In this document: positions 1-8,930 of the stretch, one piece after another
Layout of the letters: each line of letters starts with the position of its first letter
How positions within the stretch are numbered: the first letter of the stretch is position 1
Origin: a virus
IMG/VR virus record: IMGVR_UViG_3300045988_119411
Strand: one strand, 5' to 3'
Length of the DNA: 64,000 nucleotides
Position numbers and translations under genes: made by a program
The notes under the pieces: model-generated
Databases searched by the model: none
What the model was told of the DNA's origin: nothing
Seen by the model: the letters and a program-made list of their open reading frames with translations, nothing else

Positions 1-1
1 T

Positions 2-42
2 TTGCCCGGACTAGTCCGGGCAAGCCGTGATAAAGTCACGGC
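2..42. terminator. Two adjacent perfect stem-loops at the window edge, possibly the terminator of an upstream gene
   Basis: 22-nt perfect palindrome TTGCCCGGACTAGTCCGGGCAA (2-23), then GCCGTGA-TAAAG-TCACGGC (24-42). No clear T tract. Confidence 0.3.
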
Positions 43-61
43 TTGAATGAATCGCTGATTA

Positions 62-284
62 TATCACAGCACGTGTGTGATAATTCGGACATTTAAGTGC
101 GGCACGTCGTAGAAAATTTTAATACCAATTTGTGCATGATGGATATTGCAAATATCGAACAGATGTTTTAATATTAGATGTAACAAAAATAATTTCGACC
201 GTGTGATAACATGAAAATAGAGAGCGACGGAAGAAAGGGAAATGGAAGATGGACAGAGAAGAACTTATAAAGAAAATTATCACA
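62..284. promoter_or_regulatory. Four copies of the 7-8-mer TGTGATA(A)/TATCACA, a candidate operator set
   Basis: TATCACA 62-68, TGTGATAA 76-83 (inverted pair), TGTGATAA 202-209, TTATCACA 277-284, all in an AT-rich leader. Confidence 0.3.
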
Positions 285-404
285 CAGTTGGATGGACTAA
301 ATATTGAAGAGCTTAACGAGATTTATTCCTGTTGCGAATTACATCAATCTGGGCGGAAAGAGACTCCAGCGTGTCCAGAGAAAGGCCATCCAAAGACGCA
401 ATAA
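249..404 (+). CDS. Small ORF (51 aa) whose N-terminal half resembles the C-terminal tail of the convergent repressor
   Basis: ATG 249 follows AAGGGA. MDREELIKKIITQLDGLNIEELNEIY resembles repressor VRAKIIASLDGLSLDTLESL. The 3' end overlaps 313-681 antisense. Below the ORF-track length cutoff. Confidence 0.3.
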   Translation: MDREELIKKIITQLDGLNIEELNEIYSCCELHQSGRKETPACPEKGHPKTQ

Positions 405-681
405 TTTTTGCTCGAACTTCAGCCTCCGCACTGTTATCAGTGTTGGGGCTGCTTTTTTTTGCTTTTTCTTGCTGAATGGTAGGCAATTCGTCTCCGTCAA
501 GCTCCGCAAGTGTAATACCAAAGTGATCAGCGATTTTTTGCCTCGTCCTCGTATGGGGAATAGTCTTTCCTGCTTGCCAAAGCAATACGGCTTGATTGCT
601 AGAGCCGATTATTTTTGCAAGGCGATAGGCGGAATACCCCTTACTTTGCATACAGTAATTTAGATTATGCACAAATGCCAT
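313..681 (-). CDS. XRE-family HTH repressor (CI-like)
   Basis: N-terminal HTH_3 pattern (YRLAKIIGSSNQAVLLWQAGKTIP, IADHFGITLAEL). Divergent from a Cro-like gene. Confidence 0.8.
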   Translation of the reverse strand: MAFVHNLNYCMQSKGYSAYRLAKIIGSSNQAVLLWQAGKTIPHTRTRQKIADHFGITLAELDGDELPTIQQEKAKKSSPNTDNSAEAEVRAKIIASLDGLSLDTLESLSAQIDVIRNRNKSR

Positions 682-724
682 AATTAGACCTCAAATTTTG
701 TACAATATGATACTTAAAGTTTGA

Positions 725-753
725 TTGACATATACGTAAACTTTGAGTACAAT
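725..753 (+). promoter_or_regulatory. Sigma-A-type rightward early promoter within the divergent switch region 682-888
   Basis: TTGACA (725-730), 17-nt spacer, TACAAT (748-753). Flanked by imperfect inverted repeats ACTTAAAGTTT / AAACTTTGAGT. Confidence 0.6.
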
Positions 754-888
754 AATAACTGTGGACAGGCAGTAAAAACCTGAACACTCTGACAATACAG
801 GTCGGAGTGAACTCAATGTTGTAGCAAACTTAGAGTATCACCAACTACTTGATTTGTCAACAAAATAATCTAAGTTGGAGGTGAAATA

Positions 889-1089
889 GTGGGTTTTGCG
901 AAAAATCTCACCAACTTACAGGCTGAACACGGCGAAACGAATTATCGTCTTGCAAAGGAAATCGATGTTACTCAAACTTCCGTTAAAAGTTGGAATACTG
1001 GGGAGCGTCTACCGCATCCGAAGACACGAAAAAAGATTGCGGAACACTACGGCATAACCGTGGAAGAACTGATGAGGGAGGATGAATGA
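889..1089 (+). CDS. Cro-like XRE HTH regulator
   Basis: GTG start after GGAGG. HTH_3 pattern (NYRLAKEIDVTQTSVKSWNTGERLP, IAEHYGITVEEL). Confidence 0.8.
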   Translation: MGFAKNLTNLQAEHGETNYRLAKEIDVTQTSVKSWNTGERLPHPKTRKKIAEHYGITVEELMREDE

Positions 1090-1769
1090 GGGAACTGATT
1101 CCAATGGATGAGTATGGGGTATTTGCTGACCGGAATGATACAGCCAGAGTGAGCAGTTTGATGGTGGCTAAATATTTTGACAAAAGCCACAATCACGTAT
1201 TGCGAGACATTCAAAATCTGGACTGCTCCGACGCATTTCGACTGTCCAACTTTGGACAGTCCCTATACATCAACGAACAGGGAAAGCGACAGCCCTGCAT
1301 TTGTATGACACGGGATGGATTTATGTTTCTCGCGATGGGGTACCGAGGGAAGAAAGCGGCGGCAATCAAAGAAGCGTATATCAAACGCTTCAACGAAATG
1401 GAAATGTTCATCCGCACGTTGGTTGAAACCAGACAGGAATTCCCGCTACTGACCGACAATATCAAATTGATTCATGAAAAACCGAAACCTTATCATTTCT
1501 CAAATGAAGCTGATATGCTGAACCGGCTGGCTCTTGGCATGACGGCAAAAGAGTTTCGCATGGCGCATGGTCTGAAGGCTGGCGAGAGCATTCGACCTTA
1601 CTTGACGGAGAAACAAATTTCTGTTTTGGACACGCTGCAAAAGGTCGATATTGGACTGTTACTGGCAATGCCAGATTTCAATCAGAGGAAACGACAACTG
1701 CAATGGTATTTGGCCCAAACGTCAAATACCGAGAATTACAGGAAGGAGGCCGCCAATGCCGGATGTTAA
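1086..1769 (+). CDS. Rha-family phage regulatory protein / antirepressor-like
   Basis: N-terminus VSSLMVAKYFDKSHNHVLRDIQNL matches the Rha signature. Confidence 0.7.
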   Translation: MRELIPMDEYGVFADRNDTARVSSLMVAKYFDKSHNHVLRDIQNLDCSDAFRLSNFGQSLYINEQGKRQPCICMTRDGFMFLAMGYRGKKAAAIKEAYIKRFNEMEMFIRTLVETRQEFPLLTDNIKLIHEKPKPYHFSNEADMLNRLALGMTAKEFRMAHGLKAGESIRPYLTEKQISVLDTLQKVDIGLLLAMPDFNQRKRQLQWYLAQTSNTENYRKEAANAGC

Positions 1770-2022
1770 AAGCAGCGAAAAAAAGCAGCGCAAAAAAATT
1801 GTCAACAACAGCAGAAAAAAACAGCCGGATTTTTTCGCCATTACGCGGCTGATTCGTGGATATGCCACGCCGCCCCAAGTGGCCGTGATCCTGAACTGCT
1901 CGCCGACTACGGCAAGAAAAAAGATGAATGCCCCGGAACTCTTCACGCTTGGCGAATTGAAGTGGATTTGTCATGAGACACACATTCCGGTGGAGGAGAT
2001 GCAGAAGGCGGCTATGGTATGA
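1756..2022 (+). CDS. Small basic protein with a putative HTH (88 aa)
   Basis: In-frame ATG 1756 after GGAGG. The track ORF 1651-2022 extends upstream across the Rha 3' end. Confidence 0.5.
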   Translation: MPDVKSSEKKQRKKIVNNSRKKQPDFFAITRLIRGYATPPQVAVILNCSPTTARKKMNAPELFTLGELKWICHETHIPVEEMQKAAMV

Positions 2023-2666
2023 GCCTGATACGAAAACATTTCGAGGATCGGCGGAGCTGGCTGGAAGGTCGGCAGGAGCTGGGGCTTGGCGGCTCCGACG
2101 CGGCGGCGGTCTGCGGGTTATCACCTTGGATGTCGCCGGTGGAGCTCTGGAAGATCAAAACGGGGCAGAAGAAGGCGAAGGACATTTCGAGTGATGAGGT
2201 CGTAGAACGCGGAGTCCGGATGGAACCGGCGCTCAGAACGCTGTATGCGGCCATGAACCCGACGGTTCAAGTGGAGTATTATCCGTTCGATATTCTGGCG
2301 CAGAGTGAGAGGCCATGGCTGACGTCGACGCTTGACGGAGAATTGATCGACGAAAACGGCCGGCGAGGAATTTTGGAAATCAAGACCGGCCAGACCATGA
2401 AAAAAGCGGATTATGAAAAATGGTCGGACGGAAAAATCCCGGACAACTATTACTGCCAGACACTGTTTCAGCTCCTTGCGACCGGCTGGGAGTTTGTGGA
2501 TCTGTTTGCGGCGCTCGAAGACATCCGCGGGGATTGGTCAATCCGGACGCGCCACATTGAACGGGCCAGCTGCGAGGATGACCTTGCATGGCTGCTGGAG
2601 AAAGCCGAGATATTCTGGGGTTATGTGCAGAGACGGCAGATGCCGCCAATGGTATTGCGTTTGTAA
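2019..2666 (+). CDS. YqaJ-like viral recombinase exonuclease
   Basis: GLGGSDAAAVCGLSPWMSPVELWKIKTG motif. Sits upstream of RecT. Confidence 0.8.
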   Translation: MSLIRKHFEDRRSWLEGRQELGLGGSDAAAVCGLSPWMSPVELWKIKTGQKKAKDISSDEVVERGVRMEPALRTLYAAMNPTVQVEYYPFDILAQSERPWLTSTLDGELIDENGRRGILEIKTGQTMKKADYEKWSDGKIPDNYYCQTLFQLLATGWEFVDLFAALEDIRGDWSIRTRHIERASCEDDLAWLLEKAEIFWGYVQRRQMPPMVLRL

Positions 2667-2678
2667 GGAGGAAAAATT

Positions 2679-2912
2679 TTGTACGTTGCAGTAAAATTTT
2701 ACCGTGAAAAGACGGGCGGTTATTCTGGCATGGCGTATAGCTATGAAACGGATCTGCCGCTGAAAGCTGGCGACCGCGTGATCGTTCCGGCTGGGAGCGG
2801 AAAGAACCGGGCCATCGTTGTGAGAGAGAACGTTCCGCAGAGCGAGATCAATCCGGCGTTCTTCCCGCTGAAGAAAATCACGGAGTATGACGTGGAGGAG
2901 GCGGAGGGCTGA
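2679..2912 (+). CDS. Hypothetical protein
   Basis: TTG start after GGAGGA. Abuts the next gene. Confidence 0.5.
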   Translation: MYVAVKFYREKTGGYSGMAYSYETDLPLKAGDRVIVPAGSGKNRAIVVRENVPQSEINPAFFPLKKITEYDVEEAEG

Positions 2913-3784
2913 TGCAGACGACAGAAATTCGGATGATCACAGACCTCGACAGTGCCGTTCCGCAGAGCCTTGACTTCAACTTTGAGGAAGTAAAAGACTG
3001 GCTTGCCGAAAATCTGACGGCCTACCGGTCCATGGTGGTCACGGAGGATGCGCTGGGCGCCGCCAAGGCCGATAAGGCGAAGATCCGAAAGATCAGCTCG
3101 GCAATTTCAGAACAGCGGATCGCGGTCAAGAAGCGCTATCTGGAACCATACAACTCCTTTGAGGCGAAAATGAAGGAGCTTTCCGCGATGTGCGACGAGG
3201 CTGCGAAGAACATCGATACGCAAGTCAAAGCATTTGAGGAAAAGCGGAAGACAGAAAAATGTGATCTCCTCAAGCAATACTTCTCTTCTGTCAATCATCA
3301 GAGTTGGCTCACGTTTGAGAGAATTTTCAATCCTCGTTGGCTGAATGCGACGTTTTCCTTTGATGAGGCAAAGAAGGAGATCGACAGCAGAGTCAAGGTT
3401 GTTGAAGTAGACTTGGAAACCATCCAAAAGATGGAGAGCGATTTTCAGGATGAGCTGATGCTGGAATACCAGCGGAGCCTTGAAATGAGGACTGTGTTCG
3501 AGAAACAGATCATGCTTGGGCAGATGAAAAAGCAGCGTGACGCCCAAAGGGTTGCGCAGGAAGCGGCAGCGAAGGCAGCTGCTGAGAGAGTGGCTACTGC
3601 GCAGAAGCCCGAAGAGCCGGTTGCCAAAACTGAGCCGGTGGCAAGGCAGAGTGAGGAAACGGCGGAGCCGCTGGAAGTTCTGGATTTTCGCTGCTATCTG
3701 ACCAGAAGCCAGAAAATCGAGCTGCGGGACTGGCTGATCAAGCACGGTATTAAATTTGGCCGTGTGCCGAAAGAGGATTACTGA
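2912..3784 (+). CDS. DUF1351-like phage protein (recombination-module partner)
   Basis: N-terminal FNFEEVKDWL...AKADKAKIRK pattern. Lies between the exonuclease and RecT. Confidence 0.6.
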   Translation: MQTTEIRMITDLDSAVPQSLDFNFEEVKDWLAENLTAYRSMVVTEDALGAAKADKAKIRKISSAISEQRIAVKKRYLEPYNSFEAKMKELSAMCDEAAKNIDTQVKAFEEKRKTEKCDLLKQYFSSVNHQSWLTFERIFNPRWLNATFSFDEAKKEIDSRVKVVEVDLETIQKMESDFQDELMLEYQRSLEMRTVFEKQIMLGQMKKQRDAQRVAQEAAAKAAAERVATAQKPEEPVAKTEPVARQSEETAEPLEVLDFRCYLTRSQKIELRDWLIKHGIKFGRVPKEDY

Positions 3785-3799
3785 GGAGGAAATTGAGAT

Positions 3800-4825
3800 A
3801 TGAATACAACAAATAGATTGGCCCCGAGACAGCAGACCTTTTCTGGCGCAATCACATCCACGACGATGCAGACGATGATCCAAAAATCGCTGAAGGATGA
3901 CCGGGCCGCTGCACGCTTTACATCAACGCTGATTTCGGCCGTCAATGCATCGGATCAGTTGAAAGCCTGCGAGCCAGGGACGATTGTGGCGGCAGCACTG
4001 CGAGGTGAGGGCATGGGCCTGAGCCTTGGAATGGGGTACTATCTCGTTCCGTATGGGCAGACCTGCACGTTCATCGTTGGATATAAGGGGTTGATCGCTC
4101 TGGCGCTGGCGACGGGGCAGTACAGCGACATTGACTGCATTGACATCCGGGAAGGTGAATATAAGGGCCGTGACCGGAGAACCGGAAAGCCATCGTTTGA
4201 CTTTGAGGTCTATGCGGACGATGAAGAGCGGGAAAAAGCGAAGATCATTGGGTATTATGCATATTTTGAGCTGAAAAACGGCATGTTCCGTTCGGAATAC
4301 TGGAATATGGACAAGCTACTCAAGCATGCAGACAAATATGCACAGGCGTTTAAGCTCGATAAATTCAATGCCTTTGTCAACGAAGAACTCAGCGAGGCAG
4401 AAACGGCAAAGCTGAAAAAGTCCTCGCCTTGGTACGATGTTGGAGGCGGACAGGAGCGGATGTGCAAGAAGACGGTTCTTCGCAGCCTCTTGAATTCTGG
4501 TTATGCTCCGCTGTCAAACGAGGTCCGCTATGTCCTTTCGGAAGATGATGAAGATGGCATGATTCCGGATCTTCCGGTTCTCAGCGTGGATCGGAGCACC
4601 GGCGAGGTCATTGATCCTGCGCCGGCAGCGATTGAGAGCGCCAAAGACGATGATTTCTTCGGCGGCGGAAATACGGTCGAGGAAGAGCTGAAGCAGCGGG
4701 AAGAGGCCGCACAGACTACTGAGGCCACGACAGAACCCAAGAGCCAGAAGAAAAGTCAGAAAAATGCTGCACAGGCAGAAGATGACTTCTCGGATGATGG
4801 GTTCTTCGGCATGGGTGAGGCATGA
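3800..4825 (+). CDS. recT: RecT-family single-strand annealing protein
   Basis: RecT core (LVPYGQTCTFIVGYKGLIALA) and an acidic C-terminal tail. Confidence 0.85.
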   Translation: MNTTNRLAPRQQTFSGAITSTTMQTMIQKSLKDDRAAARFTSTLISAVNASDQLKACEPGTIVAAALRGEGMGLSLGMGYYLVPYGQTCTFIVGYKGLIALALATGQYSDIDCIDIREGEYKGRDRRTGKPSFDFEVYADDEEREKAKIIGYYAYFELKNGMFRSEYWNMDKLLKHADKYAQAFKLDKFNAFVNEELSEAETAKLKKSSPWYDVGGGQERMCKKTVLRSLLNSGYAPLSNEVRYVLSEDDEDGMIPDLPVLSVDRSTGEVIDPAPAAIESAKDDDFFGGGNTVEEELKQREEAAQTTEATTEPKSQKKSQKNAAQAEDDFSDDGFFGMGEA

Positions 4826-5412
4826 GGCCGCTTGTAAATCGCGTAGAGCAAGACCCAAAAGACCCAAAACGCAAATTCTGCCAAAGCATGGTTATCTGGG
4901 GGAAGGTTACGCGCGACGCAAAGCTGGAATACACGAAGGGGTCGGAAACAGCCCCTCCAAAGCCAAAGGTCACGTTCGGTGTCGCGTATGGCGACAAGGG
5001 CGCAGAAAACGATAAGAAATTCATGAACTGCATCTCCATCGGAGAGTGCTACCAGACGGATTTGGCGCAGCGAGTTCGTGCTGGGGACTATGTTTTGATT
5101 GCCGGAAGATGGTCCAGCAAGGAGTATACAAACAAGGACGGAGAGCAGAGGACTTGGAATGAGCTGCGGATCGAACACATCGAAATCCTCAGTGATGGAT
5201 TCCGGGAGGCTGTAGTGGATGCCATGACGACCGCAATGTCGAAGATATTGACGTTGGGGCGCTATGATGAGAAGCGTGATTTCGTGAAAGCCTTCAATTT
5301 GTCCTTTGTTGATGCCTTCTGGAATCTCTGTCAGGAAATGCAGGGCGAGGCCGCGGAAGAATCGGTTGACGGTGATGGATACGGTGCCGATGACTATGAA
5401 ATGACGATTTGA
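4822..5412 (+). CDS. SSB-like OB-fold protein (putative)
   Basis: ATGA overlap with recT. OB-like layout (VIWGKVTRDAKLEYT...GDYVLIAGRWSSKEYTNKDGEQR) and an acidic C-terminus. Confidence 0.5.
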   Translation: MRPLVNRVEQDPKDPKRKFCQSMVIWGKVTRDAKLEYTKGSETAPPKPKVTFGVAYGDKGAENDKKFMNCISIGECYQTDLAQRVRAGDYVLIAGRWSSKEYTNKDGEQRTWNELRIEHIEILSDGFREAVVDAMTTAMSKILTLGRYDEKRDFVKAFNLSFVDAFWNLCQEMQGEAAEESVDGDGYGADDYEMTI

Positions 5413-5418
5413 GGAACT

Positions 5419-5931
5419 ATGGGGCTGAACATGAGCTTATCGGATCTGCCGGAGCCTTACAGAAAGCAGGCGACGGAGAAAATCCTTTCTCAGATGAAGA
5501 AAAAACAGACTGCGCCGCCACAACCTATCCAGAAAGAAAAAAAGACGCCGAAACTGCACAACAAAAAAGTTGAGCGCGGCGGCAAGACTTTTGACAGCAT
5601 CAAAGAAGCAAACCGATATGACGAGCTTGTGCTGATGGAGCAGCAGGGGATGATCCGAAATCTGGAATGGCAGAAGAAATTCCCTCTGCTGCCGGCACAA
5701 TATAAAACAGTCGTCAGATATGGAAAAAATGGAGCGCGCCTGAAAGATGGGCAAAAGCTGGTGGAACGGGCGGTCGATTATTACGCCGATTTTGTGTATA
5801 AGAAAGACGGCATTTTGGTGGTGGAGGATGTGAAAGGCTATCGAAATCCATCTTCCGCGGCCTACGCAAAGTTCGTACTAAAGCGGAAAATGATGCTTTA
5901 TTTCCACGGAATTGAGATTACGGAAGTTTAA
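5419..5931 (+). CDS. DUF1064-domain protein (putative nuclease/resolvase-like)
   Basis: FDSIKEANRYDELVLMEQQGMIRNLEWQKKFPL...YYADFVY pattern. Confidence 0.6.
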   Translation: MGLNMSLSDLPEPYRKQATEKILSQMKKKQTAPPQPIQKEKKTPKLHNKKVERGGKTFDSIKEANRYDELVLMEQQGMIRNLEWQKKFPLLPAQYKTVVRYGKNGARLKDGQKLVERAVDYYADFVYKKDGILVVEDVKGYRNPSSAAYAKFVLKRKMMLYFHGIEITEV

Positions 5932-5951
5932 CTGCACCGGAGGAAAACAAA

Positions 5952-6278
5952 ATGGAAGTCAATTATGAATCATTGGTGATCCGGGCGTCAGTGCCTTGGC
6001 AAAGCGTTTACCGGGAAGAGGTCGTGGAAAGGCATACGACAGATTCTCAGGAAGATATAGATTTCTGCCTCAACCACTGCCCTTATGCGAGCGATGAGTG
6101 CTGCAACTGCCTCGCCGGTGGAAAACCGGAGGCGAAGCGAGGGCGCCCGGAAAAGTTTGACATAGAAAGACTGGCTGAGATGCTGCGGTTGAAAAAAACC
6201 AGCGCTGAGATCTGCAAAGAGCTCGGAATGAGCAGGATGACCGTTTCCAGGTATAAGAAAAAATTGTGTGGTGTTTGA
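5952..6278 (+). CDS. Small protein with a C-terminal HTH
   Basis: RGRPEKFDIERLAEMLRLKKTSAEICKELGMSRMTVSRYKKKL. Confidence 0.55.
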   Translation: MEVNYESLVIRASVPWQSVYREEVVERHTTDSQEDIDFCLNHCPYASDECCNCLAGGKPEAKRGRPEKFDIERLAEMLRLKKTSAEICKELGMSRMTVSRYKKKLCGV

Positions 6279-6279
6279 C

Positions 6280-6453
6280 ATGACAAAGCGAGAGAAATTG
6301 ATTCAGCGGCTCCGCTGCCCGAAAATTGCATCCTGTCCATTTGAACTGCGCGAGACAACATGCAGCAAGTGCCAGAAAACTGTGAAGGAAGAGGCTGCTG
6401 ACGAGTTGGAGCGGATGGAAAAGCAGTCCTGCATTGCGGAGGGCGTGGAATGA
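6280..6453 (+). CDS. Hypothetical small Cys-containing protein
   Basis: ATG 6280 lies 1 nt after the previous stop. Confidence 0.45.
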   Translation: MTKREKLIQRLRCPKIASCPFELRETTCSKCQKTVKEEAADELERMEKQSCIAEGVE

Positions 6454-6680
6454 AGGGCGGATGGCGTTTGATGGCCTCCGGTAGCATGATCCGCTGCCGG
6501 AACGGTCATATCGTGGGCTGCGTGGAGGACGGGCGGCTCGTGATGCGATATAGAAAGCGGACGGCTGTCTATTCTTCGGAACGTGGGGATGCGGAGATCA
6601 TCTGCGACCAGTGCGGAGCGATGGTCAAGACGCATCTGATCGGTGGAGCAGTCTATTTGGAGGAATGGAATGAAAATTGA
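6450..6680 (+). CDS. Hypothetical protein
   Basis: ATGA overlap with the upstream ORF. Confidence 0.5.
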   Translation: MKGGWRLMASGSMIRCRNGHIVGCVEDGRLVMRYRKRTAVYSSERGDAEIICDQCGAMVKTHLIGGAVYLEEWNEN

Positions 6681-7122
6681 AAAGGGCTACTATCTCAAGA
6701 TGAGAAATGGCTATATTGGCTACATCTCTGCTGTTTTGAAAACTGACTCGGAAGAGAACCATGCTTTTGAGTACACCATTACACATCCGGAAATCGGGAA
6801 ATACGCATTTTTCGTGGGGTCCGAAAAAGAAATGTGGAGAAAGTTTCACACGATTGGCACGGAATCCATTCCAATCGTTGTGGAAGACGAGTCAGATAAG
6901 GCAAAATGCAGTCTTGAGAAGAGAATCAAACCATTTTCACTCGTTAAGAAAGAACAAAGAGAATGTTGGAAGATTCAAACAGACCGACATGGCGGCGTGA
7001 CAAAAAATTTTGGAATACATGATATTTATCTGAAGGATATTCCGGACAACGAACGCCTTGCATTCAAGATCAATGAAATCATAGAAGTTTTGAATGGGAT
7101 GATTGATAAAGATGGAAATTGA
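6670..7122 (+). CDS. Hypothetical protein (lower-GC segment)
   Basis: ATG 6670 after GGAGGA. The track ORF begins at 6643. Confidence 0.5.
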   Translation: MKIEKGYYLKMRNGYIGYISAVLKTDSEENHAFEYTITHPEIGKYAFFVGSEKEMWRKFHTIGTESIPIVVEDESDKAKCSLEKRIKPFSLVKKEQRECWKIQTDRHGGVTKNFGIHDIYLKDIPDNERLAFKINEIIEVLNGMIDKDGN

Positions 7123-7450
7123 TCTCGGACGGGCGATTCCGCTTCCAATTCTGGAAGTTCAGGAGATGGAGGCCAAAGGGATGCCGATTGAGCTGGTTCT
7201 GTGCCCTCTATGCGGAGTGGAGCCTGTGAGGGAGCAGCAGGAAGTGATGCTCGGGAAGATTCAGGACGGCGGCTATCCGGTTTTGCAGGGCCGACTTGTT
7301 TGTCCGGAGTGCGGCTTCGGGCAGACATGGGGGCAATCATATTGCATTGGGAGTCCTTGGGATCGCAAGAGAGATTGGCGAGTCAACATTGTGGTATGGA
7401 ATCGACTCGCAAAAATGGAGGAACAGCATGAACAGAATGACAAAATATGA
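7103..7450 (+). CDS. Zn-ribbon protein, Lar-like (possible restriction alleviation); start uncertain (7103-7181)
   Basis: CPLCG...CPECG and a C-terminal VWNRLA resembling the Lar-family WNRRA end. Confidence 0.4.
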   Translation: MIKMEIDLGRAIPLPILEVQEMEAKGMPIELVLCPLCGVEPVREQQEVMLGKIQDGGYPVLQGRLVCPECGFGQTWGQSYCIGSPWDRKRDWRVNIVVWNRLAKMEEQHEQNDKI

Positions 7451-7943
7451 GGAGCGCGACGGCGTGAAACGTGCCGTGGCGCTGGTCGATCACGATACGG
7501 CAATCACGCGGCTGGCGGAATATGAAGATTCGCTTCTTCCGCCGGAAGATGTCATTGGAAATAAGAAAATTATTGAAATGGCTTTTGAAGATGATCTGTC
7601 GAGAGCAGCGCAGCTCCGCAAGCTGGCTGTGGCCGATGCGGCCGGAAAAGTTCTTGTCCAGCCGTTTGTTCCGGGAGAGTGCGTGTGGGTGGTCGAACGG
7701 GATGAGGACGGAGATCCCTACGAGATAAGCGGATATATCTTTGTTGCACTCGTCCATAAAACCGTGATCGTATCACCATACATCAATGGCGGTGATGATA
7801 TTGATGCTGCATTGGAGTATGCGGTAGAACAGAAACAAAATTGCGACGAAGCAGTCCTCGAAGCATATTCAGTCTATGACTGTTTTGCCACAAAAGAGGG
7901 TGCCAAGGCACATCTGAACGGATCGGAGGAAGAATCTTGGTGA
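7428..7943 (+). CDS. Hypothetical protein
   Basis: ATG 7428 after GGAGGAACAGC. The track ORF is 5'-extended. Confidence 0.55.
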   Translation: MNRMTKYEERDGVKRAVALVDHDTAITRLAEYEDSLLPPEDVIGNKKIIEMAFEDDLSRAAQLRKLAVADAAGKVLVQPFVPGECVWVVERDEDGDPYEISGYIFVALVHKTVIVSPYINGGDDIDAALEYAVEQKQNCDEAVLEAYSVYDCFATKEGAKAHLNGSEEESW

Positions 7944-8365
7944 ATGGTAAAATGAAGATCGTTTTGGAGCCGTGGGCCATTATGCCTACGAGGGCACACG
8001 AGTTTGACGCGGGCCTTGACCTTTATTCGACTGACGATGATGTTTATATCTATCCGGGTGGAAGCGCTATCTTTAACACTGGGGTGCATGTCCAACTGGA
8101 AAAAGGAACCGTCGGCATGGTCAAAAGCAAGAGCGGATTGAACGTCAAGCATGGAATTACCAGCGAGGGCGTGATCGACGTCGGTTATACGGGGAGCATC
8201 ATGGTAAAACTCTACAACCATTCGGATCATCCGTACAGAGTGCGAAAGGGAGACAAAATCTCTCAGCTGGTGATTTTACCCTGCCTGCTGCCAGAGCTGG
8301 AAGTGGTCTCTTCATTGGAAAAGACGGAACGAGGAACCGGCGGGTTCGGGAGCACGGGGAGGTAG
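7937..8365 (+). CDS. dut: dUTP diphosphatase
   Basis: AGLDLYS, GVIDVGYTGSIMV and the C-terminal RGTGGFGSTG motifs. Confidence 0.9.
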   Translation: MVNGKMKIVLEPWAIMPTRAHEFDAGLDLYSTDDDVYIYPGGSAIFNTGVHVQLEKGTVGMVKSKSGLNVKHGITSEGVIDVGYTGSIMVKLYNHSDHPYRVRKGDKISQLVILPCLLPELEVVSSLEKTERGTGGFGSTGR

Positions 8366-8372
8366 ACTGAAA

Positions 8373-8645
8373 ATGCACGGATTTATTGAGGTCACGACGG
8401 AAGCAAGCCAGGGAAAGTCACTCGTCAATGTCGATTGGATACAGATGGTCGTTCGAAAAACCGACTGCACGATGATTTACTTTGCGTTCAATGTGCCATA
8501 CGCAGGCGAGCAGGATTACATTGTCGTTGCGGAGGATTATGATTCTGTCAAGAGAAAAATCGAATATGCGACAAGAAGGGATGACGGAGGTACTGAATGC
8601 GGTGTGATAAAATCAGAATTCACGCAGAAATCCCAGTTGAGATAG
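8373..8645 (+). CDS. Hypothetical protein
   Basis: ORF with a nearby RBS in the early-gene series. Confidence 0.5.
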   Translation: MHGFIEVTTEASQGKSLVNVDWIQMVVRKTDCTMIYFAFNVPYAGEQDYIVVAEDYDSVKRKIEYATRRDDGGTECGVIKSEFTQKSQLR

Positions 8646-8917
8646 AGAATGGCATCTTCGAGGATGGCAACAAAGTCAAATACTCCGAAGAAGCCATCCG
8701 GAAGGCATGTGAAAAAGCGGATGGCCGGCCGATCGTGCAATTCGACAGAGATGGGAACCCGCTGGTGATTGGGATTGCTGAGCATGCGCAGTGGAATACG
8801 AAAGGCTTTGTGGAAGTGGAAGGTTTTCTGTTTGCCAGAGGAACCGAAGAGAAGGTCGATTTGAATGAAAACGTGGTTACAGAAATGGAAATCGAGTCGT
8901 TTGGCGTCGCGCCATAA
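8597..8917 (+). CDS. Hypothetical protein
   Basis: ATG after GGAGG. Overlaps the previous ORF by 49 nt. Confidence 0.45.
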   Translation: MRCDKIRIHAEIPVEIENGIFEDGNKVKYSEEAIRKACEKADGRPIVQFDRDGNPLVIGIAEHAQWNTKGFVEVEGFLFARGTEEKVDLNENVVTEMEIESFGVAP

Positions 8918-8930
8918 AAACGGGGATGGA

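Noticed and set aside
1651-2022. Long 5' extensions of track ORFs (also 12187-12777, 15319-16767, 22609-23406, 28010-28738, 29490-30386, 40121-41416, 47601-48095, 52163-52750)
   Set aside because: In each case an internal start with a GGAGG-type RBS sits at or just after the upstream gene's stop. The extension overlaps the neighbouring gene in another frame.
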